Below are positions 24,573 to 37,403 of a stretch of 40,044 nt of DNA, piece after piece. The notes under the pieces were generated by a model. The model saw only the letters and a program-made list of their open reading frames with translations, made no database searches and was not told the origin of the DNA. The DNA lies in assembly GCA_003693705.1 (NCBI GenBank), contig RBZT01000420.1, positions 1-40,044 of the forward strand. Reading direction: 5' to 3'. Numbering within the stretch: position 1 is the stretch's first letter; the number at the start of each line of letters is the position of its first letter. Source of the stretch: Polymyxa betae A26-41. Its lineage: Eukaryota > Protista > Endomyxa: Phytomyxea. A program made the position numbers and the translations under genes.

Positions 24573-27500
24573 ATGGCAAGCCAAGCAGCATCTCAGCGTC
24601 GTGCGAAGGGCACATACACGGAACACAAAATGTCGTTCCAGGCCCTTTCGTCGACTCTCTCTACATCACTCGACGAGGCCAACCCGGAGGCATCGCGCGG
24701 TCTCACCAAAGACCAAGCTTCACGTCGTCTAGCCGAACAGGGACGTAATGAGCTTACGCCACCAAAACAGATGTCTCTGGCCGAGCGAATTCTTCGCGTT
24801 CTGTTCACAGACGCGTTCATGCTGATGTTAGAGGGCGCTGCTATTCTCGGTTTCATTGCCTACTCCTTGACACCTGATGATCCTTCAAACTTGGTAACTT
24901 CATTGCAAGCCTTCCCATATTGACACTGATTCTTGCCACAGTACATGTCTGGCGCGCTTCTCGTGATTGTCGCCTTGACGTCGGCGCTTACTCTTTTCCA
25001 AGAAGGCCAAGCATCCGACGTTATGGCTGGGTTTAAAAACATGCTTCCTGCTCAGGCGTTTGCGATTCGTGACGGTCAGCAAATTCGAATCTCTGCTGCG
25101 ACCTTGGTGACAGGTGACATTGTTGTCATCGGTACCGGTGACAAGATCCCCGCCGACCTTCGTATCATCAGCGTTAATGCTCTGCGAGTCGACAATTCCT
25201 CACTTACTGGAGAATCGCTGCCCATCAAATGCACGGTTCAGCCTGAGAGCGACGAGTTTCTGGAAGCACACAACCTGATCTTTAGCGGTACCCTTGCTGT
25301 AGAAGGCACTGGTCTCGGAGTCGTTATTCGAACTGGTGACCGCTCTATGGTTGGATCGATTGCCGCCCTAGCCAGTGAAACTTCGCAAGAAAAGTCGACT
25401 TTAGAAATCGAAATCATTCGATTCTTGCAAACCATCGGCACTGTCGCCGTCATTATGGCGATTATTTTGTTTGGTATTTCGCTGCTACGATTTGGAACGT
25501 CGACCAAGGCCATTGTCCAGGCATTTGTTACCTCATTCATTGTCGTCATCCTGTCCAATCTGCCTCAAGGTACAGCGAATGCTTTTTTGGGATCTTATAT
25601 AATTAACGCACCGTATAGGTTTGCCCTCGGCTGTCGCCATGTCCCTCACAATTGCTGCTAAACGTCTCGCACTTAACAAGGTTTTCGTCAAATCGCTGAA
25701 TTCAGTCGAGACTTTGGGAAGTGTTAGCGTTATCGCCAGTGACAAAACCGGAACTCTGACCCAGAACTGCATGACTGTCACTTCTATCTGGATGAACAAA
25801 AAGGTCCATCTGGTGCAGACGTTGATGTCAGTAGAGCGCGACGACGATTTCGACATGTCCAATCCTTTATCGGATACCCTCGCTACCCTATCACTCATCG
25901 CTGGTTCCTGTAACATGGCCAAGCCGTTGCAGAAAACCAATGACGTTGTCGTGCGAACTGACTCGATTGCCGCCCGTACTGAACTATCTGCAAAGAAGCG
26001 AATTTCCAGTGTGTATCTCACTGGTCGTGATGCTCCTGGATCGCGAATGTCGAGGGCCTCGCTGGCACCTCCACCTGTTCTTCCAGTTACTGCTGACCAG
26101 CTGACTGGTAATGCCAGTGACATCGCTCTCTACGTGTTTGCTGATAAATTCGGAACTGCCCCGGTTGTAACCTCACGAGAACGCTGGCGTCAAGTTTTCC
26201 AAGTTCCTTTCAGCAGTGCTCGTAAATGGATGGCTTCTGTCCTGGCACCACCTGCTTCTGCTTCTGATCAACGTCGTATTCTTTGCGTTAAGGGTAAACT
26301 ATTTTACGACTTTTTATTTTTAGTTTACTAATTTTGTTCAGGCGCACCTGAGCGCATTCTGCAACGATGCACAAGAATCTTGGTAAATGGACGCGAAGAC
26401 CCATTGGACGATAGTGCACGCCAGTCGTTTCAAAAAGCGAACGACAAGTACATGGCACAAGGTCGTCGTGTTCTGGCTCTCTCTATGCGTGTGCTATCTC
26501 TGGATGATTTCCCGGCTAACATGCCTCTGACGGCAGAGAAGGAGCGTTTCCAAAAACTTTTCGATGATGGAGGTCTTGTTCTTGACAAACCATCTGGTGT
26601 TCAAGAAGGTCTCACTATGGTCGGCTGTGCTGCGCTTGAGGTAAAGTCGATAAGTTTTTTCAATGACACACTACAGATACGCTTATTCAGGACCCACCTA
26701 AAGAAACCGTTCCTGGAGCTATTATGAGATGTCGTAAAGCCGGTATCAAGGTGGTCATGGTCACTGGTGACCATCCAGCCACTGCAGCTGCTATTGCTCG
26801 TCAATGCAACATCCTCGGAATGTACAATACCAAAGACGATCTCTCACGGCAACGCTCCAAGACCATGGGCAAATCCGTCCGCGTCGATGATGACGATGAA
26901 GACGTTGGTGGTATTGTTGTCACTGGGAAAGAGCTACAAACATTCACTGATAATGATTGGGACCGCGTGTTATCCAAGCCAGAAATTGTTTTTGCTCGAA
27001 CATCCCCTCACGACAAACTTCAAATCGTCGAACAGCTGCAAAAACGTGGCGAAGTTGTTGCTGTTACCGGTGATGGTGTCAACGACTCCCCAGCTCTAAA
27101 GAAGGCCGATGTCGGTGTCGCTATGGGAATCAGCGGAAGTGATGTTGCTAAAGATGCCGGTGATATCGTCCTGATCGATGACGAGTTCAATTCTCTTGTC
27201 GTTGGTATCGAGCAAGGTCGTATTATCTTCGACAATTTGACCAAATTAGTCACCTTTACCATCACCCATTTGACAGCTGAGATTGTCGCGATTCTGGTCT
27301 CGTTGGGTCTGGGAATGCCTCAAGGAATGACGTCACTTTGTATTCTTTCCCTCGATTTGCTCACTGATGTCGCCCCCGCACTGGCGCTTGCTTATGAGAA
27401 AGCCGAAGACCATGTCATGGATCGCCCGCCACGTGATACCAAAAAGGATCGCTTGGTCTCATTGAAGGTCATGTTCTATGCCTACTTTCAAGCAGGAGTT

Positions 27501-27998
27501 TTGGAGGTCATTCCAGGAGTGTTCGCTTATCTTATGACATTCCGGGCTCACAATCTGCAACTTTCAGAGTTGTTTAATCAGACGACGTACTTTGTTCTGG
27601 GTGCTCCAACTTACACAAGTCGTGCTGGAGAGAGACTTAACGAAGGCCAACAGCTATCCATCGTCGCCAACGCCCAGACCGCCTTCTGGTGTACTATTGT
27701 TTTGTCTCAGTGCTTCCACGCATTTATGTGTAAAACTCGAGTTGCTTCAGTTTTCAAGCAAGGCCTGTTCAATAACCAGGTCCTGAACGCTTGCGGTCTC
27801 GCCATGCTTGGTATCATGGTTGCCGTTGTTTATATTCCTTTCCTGCAGCCTGTCTTTGGCACTGCGTCTCATGACAATTTCTGGTTCTGGGTTCCATGCT
27901 TTATTTCATGGGCTCTTCTGTTAGTATGGAATGAAGGAAGAAAATGGGGTTTCCGCAACTACCCAGAATCTACTTTCACCAAGATTTTGGCCTGGTAA
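24573..27998 (+). CDS. P-type ATPase related to Na+/K+ and H+/K+ alpha subunits (P2C-like), 1076 aa, 5 exons
   Basis: GRNELTPP, VDNSSLTGES, SDKTGTLTQN phosphorylation site, PFSSARKWM, KGAPE, DPPK, MVTGDH, TGDGVNDSPALKKADVGVAMG, GRIIFDNL, ALAYEKAE, CKTR. Introns at 24894-24941, 25570-25618, 26294-26341 and 26641-26690. Confidence 0.95.
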
Positions 27999-28181
27999 TC
28001 AATTCCAAACTCAATACAATGCACTGGAGGTTTGTACCATCTACTCAAAGATATTCAAATGTAGTCGTCCTGATTTAATTAGTTGCCATAACAGCGTTAT
28101 ATGTCAGATTCATTCTCTATTCTTGATTGAGTTCGTAAAGTTGGCTGATAGATAGTCTATTGCGAATACACATTAATCAAG

Positions 28182-29619
28182 TTATACAGCATGGGCCTGA
28201 TCGTGTCCAGTTAAGTGTATAACGCCTTGCATTACAACAAATATAACCGGATTCCATACGACTAAGTAACGTACAGCATCCAGAATTTGACACCAGTGCA
28301 AGGAAACGTTTTGCCAAACACTTGAAGTAGTGATCTGAAATGTCGCTTAGCTCGAAGAATGGAACAATGAATACCGAAAAGAAAAAAAACTGAAAAAAGC
28401 AAGACTATAGCGTTGAGCTAATAATTACTTACATGCTTGAGATCAATTTTTTCCTGACAGCAAGCGCAAGTATCCTTCTTTCCAATCATAGCCCAGCCAC
28501 GAATGCAAAGATCATGATATCTATGGCCACAACTTAAGATTCTCACACAAGAATCACTCGCGTCGCCAATGTCCAGTTCCTGAAAGTCAGTCAGTAGACA
28601 TTCACTGCAAAACGTGAATTACCCCGTCACAAAGAGCACATATTCTTGCACTTAGTGTGCGGTTAGGAATCATATTGGAACCGCTGAGAAGAGAATTAGC
28701 ATATGAACAGCAAACATGAGAATTCTGACAAACAGTCGTAAGTAAAACATTCAAGCCATGTTGAATATTGTTCAGACTGAGAAGTACAAAAATAATATTC
28801 AATATACAAACCTGTAATATCCTAACTTAACGACAACGTTCTCAGCAGTAAATTCTGCTAGATCTCTACTGAGTACTCCAAAATAAAGCCCATATAGACC
28901 CAGATAGAATCCAATAATGCCTGTTGGCAGACCAAGGAACAAAGCCAGCATGATAAGAACATAGCCAGCAATTGCCAGAATATAGCAGCTACGATGAACA
29001 AAGCTGAACCATGTATAGACCTAAACATTCATGAGCCATAAATGGAGTTTCTATCTGAGCAAACACGCTATTAAAACATGAAAAAGTAGTAAAAACATTG
29101 TAAAAAAACAAGAAAACAGTTTGAAGTAGCATACCCATCGTGGAAGATGTAGAGGCAGCGGTTGGGAGCATTTCACTTGATAAAGAAGATACCCGGTTAC
29201 AGCGGTGAAGAAGGTCATGACACTTAATAACCTCCAAAGAAGGAAATAGAGAGCGAATAGAAAGGGAAATACCCACAGAAATATCAGGGTCACTAAGGGA
29301 TTTTGTAAGAGCAAAAACAGACATTACAGAACAAAGCTTCTAAGCAGAGCTGAAAACACAATGAGGGCGAAATAATGAACTCCTCACCTAAATGAAACGA
29401 CCGGGGCGACTTCGATTGCCATCTTCGAAGTAGATATTGGGATGTGAGAGCAACGCCTAGAAATCAATCATTACAGGCTGTTGTTGTCTTCTAGCTGCAG
29501 TAAATACCGATAATCAGGCCCAGGACAACCAAATCGGCAACTGGGCTTTCAGGCTCAGGAGGCGTCCCGACCTGATCTACAGCCACATTAGGAGCAGAAT
29601 CGGTGATAACCGGTTCCAT
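28182..29619 (-). CDS. RNF121: RNF121/RNF175-like membrane RING-H2 E3 ubiquitin ligase, multi-exon
   Basis: Spliced translation gives WQSKSPRSFHLVTLIFLWVFP, VYTWF, LYGLYFGVLSRDLAEF, the RING-H2 ICALC..LSCGHRYHDLCIRGWAMIGKKDTCACCQEKIDLK, and QILDAVRYLVVWNPVI, collinear with RNF121. Mostly missed by the ORF track. Confidence 0.92.
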
Positions 29620-31389
29620 CCAATTCGTGAGATTGATAGCAGCGCCTTCTCTTCAACAAAGATTGATGGCATACATGAATCGTGACAATATGACGGGATC
29701 GGGTCGGTTTACAGGTCGCTCCTCCCTCGCAGACCTTCCGCAAATTTTAAAGCTTTTCCGAGGCAATACGAAACTTTTCAGAAACTTATTTGAGCGGACG
29801 CGAGAAGCGCGAGAGCCCAAAACTGGCTTCTTTACCGGCGGTCTTATATACTCATATTTCTCCAAACACATTTTCCGGACTATATCCCAAGCAGGAAGGC
29901 CAACTACCGAAACAATGTCGTTATAGGTAAATCGATAGATCTCGTCGATTGCTTGAAAGTGATTTTTTTTTCTAAATTGTTTTGTAACTGCTCAATTTGA
30001 CGCAATGTTTGCTAAGACGGAAAATATTTGGCATCGGAAATCAGTGCGCATCAATCTTGTGCGTTCGCAAAAACCTTTTTAGTCACTTTTTCCATCAGGC
30101 AGACTGCACGAAGATTTGTTCTAAAAGGTTGAAATCTGCCGCCGCGCAATTCTTAACTTCAATGCCAGGCTCATGCGGCGTCACAATATGGCTCATCTCG
30201 AACAGAAACCGATTCAGTTTTGGCAGCAAATCAGCATTAACTGAAGCAATATTTATTAGAGAAACGATTCGACGTTTCATCAATGGAGGGCTTTAACGAT
30301 CAGTAATTGCTGCAAACTTTTGTGAGTCAAGGTACTGCCAACATTTGAGATTTGCATATTAGTTTGTCTCAAATTTATAGTTTATGCCCTATTGGCCGCG
30401 TGCTGTGTACTTAACTTGGTTACTTTGATCACAAATCACTCCCTTTATTCGCTGCGTTTCAGCAGGCTCTTATCTTTTGCGTTTGGAACACAAGCAAAAT
30501 TACTGTTTTATTGCCAGTCAATACATTTACTTCGCTTGGGCTGTCTCAAAAGCATTTCCGACCTGATATTTATTATAGCAGCACAACAGATGTTGGGACG
30601 ATAAAGAAGTGAAGGCTTACAGTATGTATTCACGATCCTTAAATTAAAGCACCGCCTAAGTTTATGGATTTTTCTGCAAGTAGAATCAACTACGTGATCA
30701 CATGATCAATTCCATTTTTCACTCAAACTTCTCCTATTTAAGAACCTGTGCTCAAAGATTCCAATTCAACTTTATAGTAATATACTACCGTTGATCATTC
30801 CGGTGATTTGATCGTACAGGCTAAAATCTGATACGCGCTTTCGATGGTTGCCACGAAATGAAGCTGCAATTATTCCGAGGTGTGCGATCGAGGAATCGTT
30901 GTATACGCTCCTCGCCGTTCAGCCTTTAGGTAGAGCCCAAAACCAATCAGATAGCAAAGCCGTATCTAAAATAGGAATTTTACACCCAAACTCGACATTA
31001 ACTAGCGCCTTTTGATAGATAGAGCGCTCACATGTCGAACCCGGTAATCAGCAAAAACAGTGCAGGAAATGTAGTGCGACTGCCTTGGATACTTTCTGAG
31101 CAATACTTCGACACAGTCTCTTGAATGGAATTGTTTAGAGGGTCGAACGTGGACGATTCAGAAACATTTATAATAAACTTCTTTTTATGGAAATAATGTT
31201 AGAAGTTGAACGCTATCAAAAAAGTTTCACTCAATCTGCAACGCTGCAAACCTTAACCCGGTACAGTATTACTGTACCATACAATCGACGGTAACGATCT
31301 ACACCTACTTTGCAAATTGCGCCCTTCTGAATTGGAGACTGTATGAGGCTTCTGCTGCTGACATGCCAGCTTCAGCAAATCTGTCGACA

Positions 31390-32050
31390 ATTCTCGATGG
31401 TTGTAAATATGTGTACAATCGAATTCGTTCTACAGGAACCAAATTCTCCGATGTAGCAAATATCGGCTAATACAAAAACGAATCGAAGGTTGCCCTGCAA
31501 GCCTTACCATTAACCCGGATGGCTCATTGATCAACGGGTGCCTTTCCGAGCACCACAAATGCCTTCGTGTTAATGCAGATGTTGTCAATGTGGAAGATGA
31601 GGGAGCATTTTTAAACGAATTCCAGATGAGATGATGTAAATGCGCAGATGCGGACCATAATGGACAATCTGGCGGCAACACAGCGACATCTGACGGCTAC
31701 AGAGATATGTGAGCAAGTCTGGAATGCAATTAACACGAAGTACAACAGTGTACATATCCTGTTTATAGAAAAAGGAAGCCATGGCCCATGTGCAATATGT
31801 CAAGAATGGAGGGTTACGAGCACCGATTGCGTGACAAAGAGCAAAGGGATTTGCATTGCTATCAAACGAAAGAGCGCCGTTTCTTGCTTTCAATACTCCA
31901 GTTTTTGAAGGCACTGTACAGCATCGAATTGCTGATTGTTGACATCCAGCGCACTGCAAACAACTGAAAACTCCAAATATCCATTCCTTTATGGATACCA
32001 CATTTAGAGTGGTACCCAAACCATTTAGCCAGCTTCTAATTAATCATCAT
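31390..32050 (+). mobile_element. Degenerate Mutator-like (MULE) transposase relic
   Basis: FLYWCH-like finger RCSKYR..GCPASL..EHHKC; DVNAQMRTIMDNLA..EQVW; MULE first-Asp block HRI..HPA..FMDTTFRVVPKPFSQLLI at ~31920-32040. Frameshifts, stops and truncation. Confidence 0.7.
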
Positions 32051-32363
32051 TTTGCTCCAACAGCAAAGATCAGTCTACAGGTGTAGACGAGTAATGACTG
32101 AAAACTAATAGCTCTGACGCACAACTAGATTCCCATCCCCTGATTTAGTTCAGCTAGATGCTAAGATTATACAAAGGGCGAGGAATATACCTGGAGCGCG
32201 CCATTACCAATGAGGGATTGAATTGCATCGATTCTCAAGTGCTGGGATGACAGATTTGTCCTGCAAAGGATCTATATAATGCCTGTCTCTGAAGCTTGTA
32301 TCGGCTCCGACCGGCAAGGAATGCACCTTCAATGCATTCAGACAGGAACAGAATCATGGCCCT

Positions 32364-33147
32364 GTGCAGAATATTCAAAATCCCGATGACTTGCCAGGAA
32401 ACTCCTTACAATTAATATGTGATTCGGCTCAAGAACATTTCGTTGCAGATAGAGCTACTGTTGCCCAAAGTGCTTGGATGCAGAATTTAGTTCAGCTTAT
32501 CAATGAATTGATCAGCAAAGTAATGGATTCATTGTTGCCAGTGTCAATAAGATGCAAGAATAGAATATGTATCGAGTTGTCATGACCATGTGCTAAAGAG
32601 AAGGGATCCACAATTTCGAGCTGACGAAAAAGGCGCATACTGCATGAGAGATTTAACCGAAGCATTGACCATGATGTTGTGTAATTGTATTCCAAGTTTG
32701 ATCAAGCGCCTAATAGTATGTTCTTCTGTCAGGTGTTAATGGAAATGGCAGTTGTCAAGATCGACACAGGCGTGCCTCTGATTGATGATAGAGAGCGGGT
32801 CACCAGAATTCTAAGTGCTTTCATGATGCCACTGCTGGGTATGGTAATTAAACATCAAACTAGACTTATTGTCGTAGTATTGAGGGCGATGAAAAGACTG
32901 AACAATACCAAGCTCTTTGAGCAGCTGCTGAAAAAATGCAAGAAACATTTCGAAGGCATGAATGCGCCAGCACCTTTTAATTGAGCGCGAACGTCCATAT
33001 TTGGAAAATATAGACGAATTGCTCCTGATCAATCACAGATGGCTTGTTCCGCCGACAAAGCGGACAGTTCGCCTTAGAATTCAGTGGGATGTAGAAATGG
33101 CATCTAGCCTGGCAGAAAGCAGAGACAGCAAACGCATTTCGATCTGA
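32364..33147 (+). pseudogene. Unidentified decayed coding region
   Basis: ORFs 32364-32585 and 32685-32984 share a frame, separated by stops, and a frameshifted ORF continues at 32962-33147; no family recognised. Confidence 0.3.
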
Positions 33148-33396
33148 AAGAAATAAAAACTGCCATGAGAATAGAGCATATCTAATATAACCACCCATTA
33201 TGAAAATGTCTACTGCATATTCTGGAGTCGAAGTGCCTCGCCAGATTGAGATGAAAGAGCCGAAGTTGAAGCGTGATTAATTACTAATACCAGGACATCA
33301 CCTTTTCAAAGCGAGTTAGTGCGAAAAGAACTTCAGAGAGATATTTTTAAGAACTATTAGAATGCTGTCGAGCGTTGTAAGCGGGGGAAATCAAAG

Positions 33397-33416
33397 GAGA
33401 GAGAGAGAGAGAGAGA
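33397..33416. repeat. (GA)10 microsatellite
   Basis: Directly visible GA run. Confidence 0.9.
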
Positions 33417-35225
33417 GCCATCGGTTCGTTCATCTACAGTATCTTCTCATGAAGTTCTGGAGCGCCGTCATCGCCTGCAACTCTGGATCAGAAGCGACAG
33501 TAGAATCGACACGACGTGATTAACAAGTATACTATAGAAAGGGCTCGGATAGAGACGTGCGTGTGCGCGACAATTAATCCAGCTTAATTCGAAATAAAAT
33601 ATTGAAAATATAGTTCTTCCTTATTTTACATTCTATAATAGGTGGAATTTTGCATACTATCTGCCATAATTTCAACTTCATTAGTCGCAAGGTTAGGTTA
33701 ATCGTGTCATGATGAAGAATCTGTACTTATATCTACAGCCTAAACTGGCTTGGCAGCCTTATACACTCATGGAGGATAGATGAGACGAAGGCGTCCTAGC
33801 CTCTCGCGTCCTTCTCGAAGTTGGTGTTCGAAACCCTAAACCATATATGAGCTTCTATCAAGATCTGTAATAATTAGAATCTCGAGGAAGATTGGCCATC
33901 GAAACCTGGTTACCTGAACTATACTCGGCCGACCACTCGTCGATGCACTAGATTTCAAGATCATCATCAAAATTTGGTTCGCCATAGTTTTTATCGCCTT
34001 CCCCTCTAGCCAAACACAGTTGCGAGAATCCTCTTGCGACGTAGTGGGCGTCATGTCTTATTTGCTGCATTGCTCAACGCCACGCACGATTGCTCAATGC
34101 TTTTTCGACCGCGGCTGGTTCGCGATCTTTATCAATGTTGCTTGCTGTCGGCTTCTTGGTTATTTTTGTCGCCAATCCTGATGCTCGTCCATCAGTCGGG
34201 CTGAAGGCTTTCCGGTCATGAAGGTTCGTTTGGTCACCATGCCCATCATGATGTGCCCTTTTGACCGGTGGGGTAGCCGAGGAAGATGCATCCAGTCGCC
34301 TTGGCTTCTTACGCTTTCGTTTGGGGACCATGATATAGGTTTGGCTTCCAAAAACGCTCTGCTGGTTGATGTCGGGGACCGTCCCTGTCCAGAGTTCGCA
34401 AGGGAATCTGCAGCTGTTTGCCTTGGTTGGCAAGCGATTGGTGATGTGAGCTGCATGCCGCCGCCATCGCCTACTTACTCAGCACAAATTCACTTTTAGG
34501 GCTTACTAAGTCATTTTGAGTGGCGACCAGATTTTTAAAATCTCTATTTTCAAGTTAAAGTTTATACAAACGTTAATGTTAGTGTAGGTCTTACATTGCT
34601 TCTATAACGTTTTGCTGAGGTGGTCACAGAATCGGCTGCTAAAAAGGGCATGCGTTAGATATAGATTTCACTTTAGAATTGAAAAAATGAAGCTTGTTTA
34701 GGGTTCCAACAGAAGCTCTGAATTGAACATCTTGTGATTCACAACAAACCGTTACCGAAAGAATGCTGAAGGGTTGCCACATCATCGTCACGTTCAGAAC
34801 TCCTTCGGCATGTTAGCGGTCCTGAGCATTACGCGTCACGACTCGACCAGGGTCCTGTTCTCCCTTTCGGCCACTCCGTTTTGCTGAGGGCTCTATGGCA
34901 CCAGGGTCAGTAGTACTATGCCGTGTTCTGAGAGCCATTGTTTTGCGTCGTTTGAGGTCAATTATCCTCCCTTGTCGGCCCGGATGTTTGTGGCCTTGTT
35001 GTCTGTCTTGGCCACGAAGTAGCCGTTCACGTTCCGATTTCCCGGCCATGAATTTGGCGACCATGAAGCGGCTCTAGTCGTCGGCCACCGACATGAATCG
35101 ATGTACATCGAGTCTAGCATGCTTTCCACTTCCATTCACCCGCAAAGGTCCACAAAGTAAGGTCATCCCTGGGGCTCTTTCTCGATGTTGACTTTCCTTT
35201 TGGTAAGACCAGTCGTCCTTCAGGG

Positions 35226-35737
35226 TTAGTGCGCAGTATCGATGGAGCGGTGGCCAAGACGAAGCTGGAGATTGAGGCGCTCCTCCTCTTCCATGTTGTA
35301 GTCCATAAGGACAGAGTACCTTTTCGGTGCGCATTCCACTTGCTTGCGTTTACGCTGGTCGTATTCGTATACGGCGCGCCACGGGTAGGATTTGGCACGC
35401 GTTTTGATAATGAGAAGGTAGTGTAGCATGGCCTTAATATAGGCGCGTGGGGAGCCGTTAGAAGCTAGGAGGTCGATGACGGTGGCATGGACTTCGGTCC
35501 AGGCGGCGAGATTTGGTATTTTCGTCGCGCTGAGGCGGATTTAATTCAGAACACGTTGTTCGCCACTGTCCAGGTGGTATAGTGATGCCAGCTTGGCAAT
35601 TTGATAAACCAAAATCTTTCAAATTTGGATGTCGGTTACCCATTAGCCGATTCAGCTGGCGGCTTTAATGGCCCCACGGGTTATGCCTTTCCATCCAAGA
35701 TCCTGTTAATAATCCAGTCATCCGGTGAATATTTACC
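35226..35737 (-). mobile_element. DIRS/Ngaro-like (tyrosine-recombinase retroelement) gag-like ORF relic
   Basis: IPNLAAWTEVHATVIDLL...LHYLLIIKTRAKSYPWRAVYEYDQRKR fits the W..Y..I..W.AV..YD...R pattern of DIRS-type ORF1; in-frame stops upstream; no RT or recombinase seen. Confidence 0.5.
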
Positions 35738-36098
35738 CAGGGCTCCGATCGGGTCGATTCGGGTAGAGCCCGAATCAGTTCTAACACTCTTTTCTGTAAT
35801 AGATAAGATCCCATTAGTGATTGTTTTTCCAAACATCAACGCATTCAAACCCTCCGGCCTAGAGAGTGTCGTCGAAATCCAATTATATCCCGTCCGGTGT
35901 TGAAAATACACTCAGCAGAAACGGGAGACCACGGCATAGAAATAATCCAGGGAATGACAATGAGGGCAACCACAGTCAATAAAGACTTCTGACAACGTTT
36001 CTATAATTTTCAGGTCGGGAATTTACAGCCTTCAACTCGAACCCGAACTGACCCGAATTCGGGTTTTCGGGTTGTACCCGAACCCGATCGGAGCCCTA
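35738..36098. mobile_element. hAT-type non-autonomous element (MITE), 361 bp
   Basis: TIRs CAGGGCTCCGATCGGGT / TAGGGCTCCGATCGGGT (16/17 match), subterminal TCGGGT repeats, 8-bp TSD TATTTACC (35730-35737) / TTTTTACC (36099-36106). Confidence 0.85.
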
Positions 36099-36647
36099 TT
36101 TTTACCTAGGCATGCTCGTTTAAATATATTAAAGAACTTATCAACAATTTAACCATTATCATGATCCAGCTGTAATTTCGATCTTATATAAGAGATTCCG
36201 ATGCTGTAAATTTCTTTCTGCAGTATTAATGATAATGTGTCTAGCTTGTGTTTGCTCTGCTTGATGTCCATCATCAATTTCCATTTTTTCCATTTTCCTG
36301 CCGACTGTTTGCTTGCACTGAAACAAAAGACCGATAATTAAAGTCGTTGGTCTCATTAACATGTACAATAAACATGAAACTGAGATCTTGCCTAGTGAGC
36401 GGCAGATATTATTCCTTTCTCGAAGTCGTAATAAACATGTCAAGGTTTCAAGGACATGCCAACCACTGTGCACACCATATTTAAACAGAAATGAATCAAT
36501 AATGCCAATTTCAAATCTCTAAAGCTGGCTTGGTAGATTCCGTCGCTCCAATAGTCGATGTTGATGCCCAGCTCTCATTGCCGATTTTAAGCAGTTACTC
36601 CCTTTTAACCAATGAGGTGAATTTATTCAAACGCACAAGACTGGTTA

Positions 36648-36687
36648 TCAACCAGCTGATTAAGAGGTCAACCAGCTGATTAAGAGG
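36648..36687. repeat. Perfect 20-bp tandem duplication
   Basis: TCAACCAGCTGATTAAGAGG twice. Confidence 0.95.
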
Positions 36688-36714
36688 TGGTTGAAGTGCA
36701 GCAGATCGACTTTT

Positions 36715-37280
36715 TGTCAGGGATCGGGCAAGCAAAGGCCAAGTTTGATTACGTTACCAGGTGTTATGTTACCGGCAACGCAACTTCTTGTCCCGGCTAC
36801 GCACATTATAGAGAATGTTCTCAGCGAGTGTCATTAGGGACAATGGATTAGGATCACCAAAGGCTGCCTCCAATAAATGAATTACTGTTTCCACATCATT
36901 TAAACGAGGGTCCTGGGATTCAAGTAAAGGCGAAAACCATGTTAAAGCGGGACCACGAAGGAGCGTACCGAGAAGCCCGACTTTTAGAGAATCCAAATAG
37001 TATTGACGAGGCTGCAGTTGCCAAACCAGTCGGAGCTGGTTCAAGAATTCTCGTAAGGTTTTACGGTCACCGTAGTAAGGTTCGGGCAATTGAACTTTAG
37101 GTTCCGGTGCGAATGAATTACTGACTGATCGAGATTGTTCGTTCTGACGTAGTAGTTGTTGAATGAGATTTTGGGATTCGGACAGAGCTCGTTGAAGCTC
37201 GGCAATTTGCTCGTTAGGATCGGACATAGCGGACGGATACAAAGGGTGGAACTTTTTCCTTATTGAGTCCTTCAGACTGA
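36715..37280 (-). mobile_element. Internally deleted Ty3/gypsy LTR retrotransposon (gag N-terminus, possible 3' LTR tail)
   Basis: Gag from ATG 37227: coiled coil, PEPKVQLPEPYYGDR..FLNQL..KVGLLGTLLRGPALTWF..AFGDPN. Similarity stops near 36845; the following sequence ends in ..CCCTGACA at 36715 (LTR-like end, inferred). Confidence 0.75.
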
Positions 37281-37403
37281 GGGGCGCAATTTCCATCTCC
37301 TTTTTATTTTAGGAGGTCGCCGACCTCCTTTTTTAAATAAGTAGATAAAGCGCTGTCACTCCGGAAAACCAAAAAGGACACGACCGTCTTCGAAGAAGGA
37401 GAT

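Noticed and set aside
24593-27265. Long antisense ORFs over the ATPase (also over GS and HOP2)
   Set aside because: Shadow ORFs explained by codon bias of the sense gene.
13195-29619. Stop-codon or CGA reassignment (most genes end in TAA; odd tRNA-Arg)
   Set aside because: Conserved exons of GS, the ATPase and RNF121 contain no in-frame TAG or TGA, and CGA occupies a conserved Arg position in GS.
33836-35100. Low-complexity basic ORFs
   Set aside because: No recognisable domain; interrupted by stops; probably TE debris.
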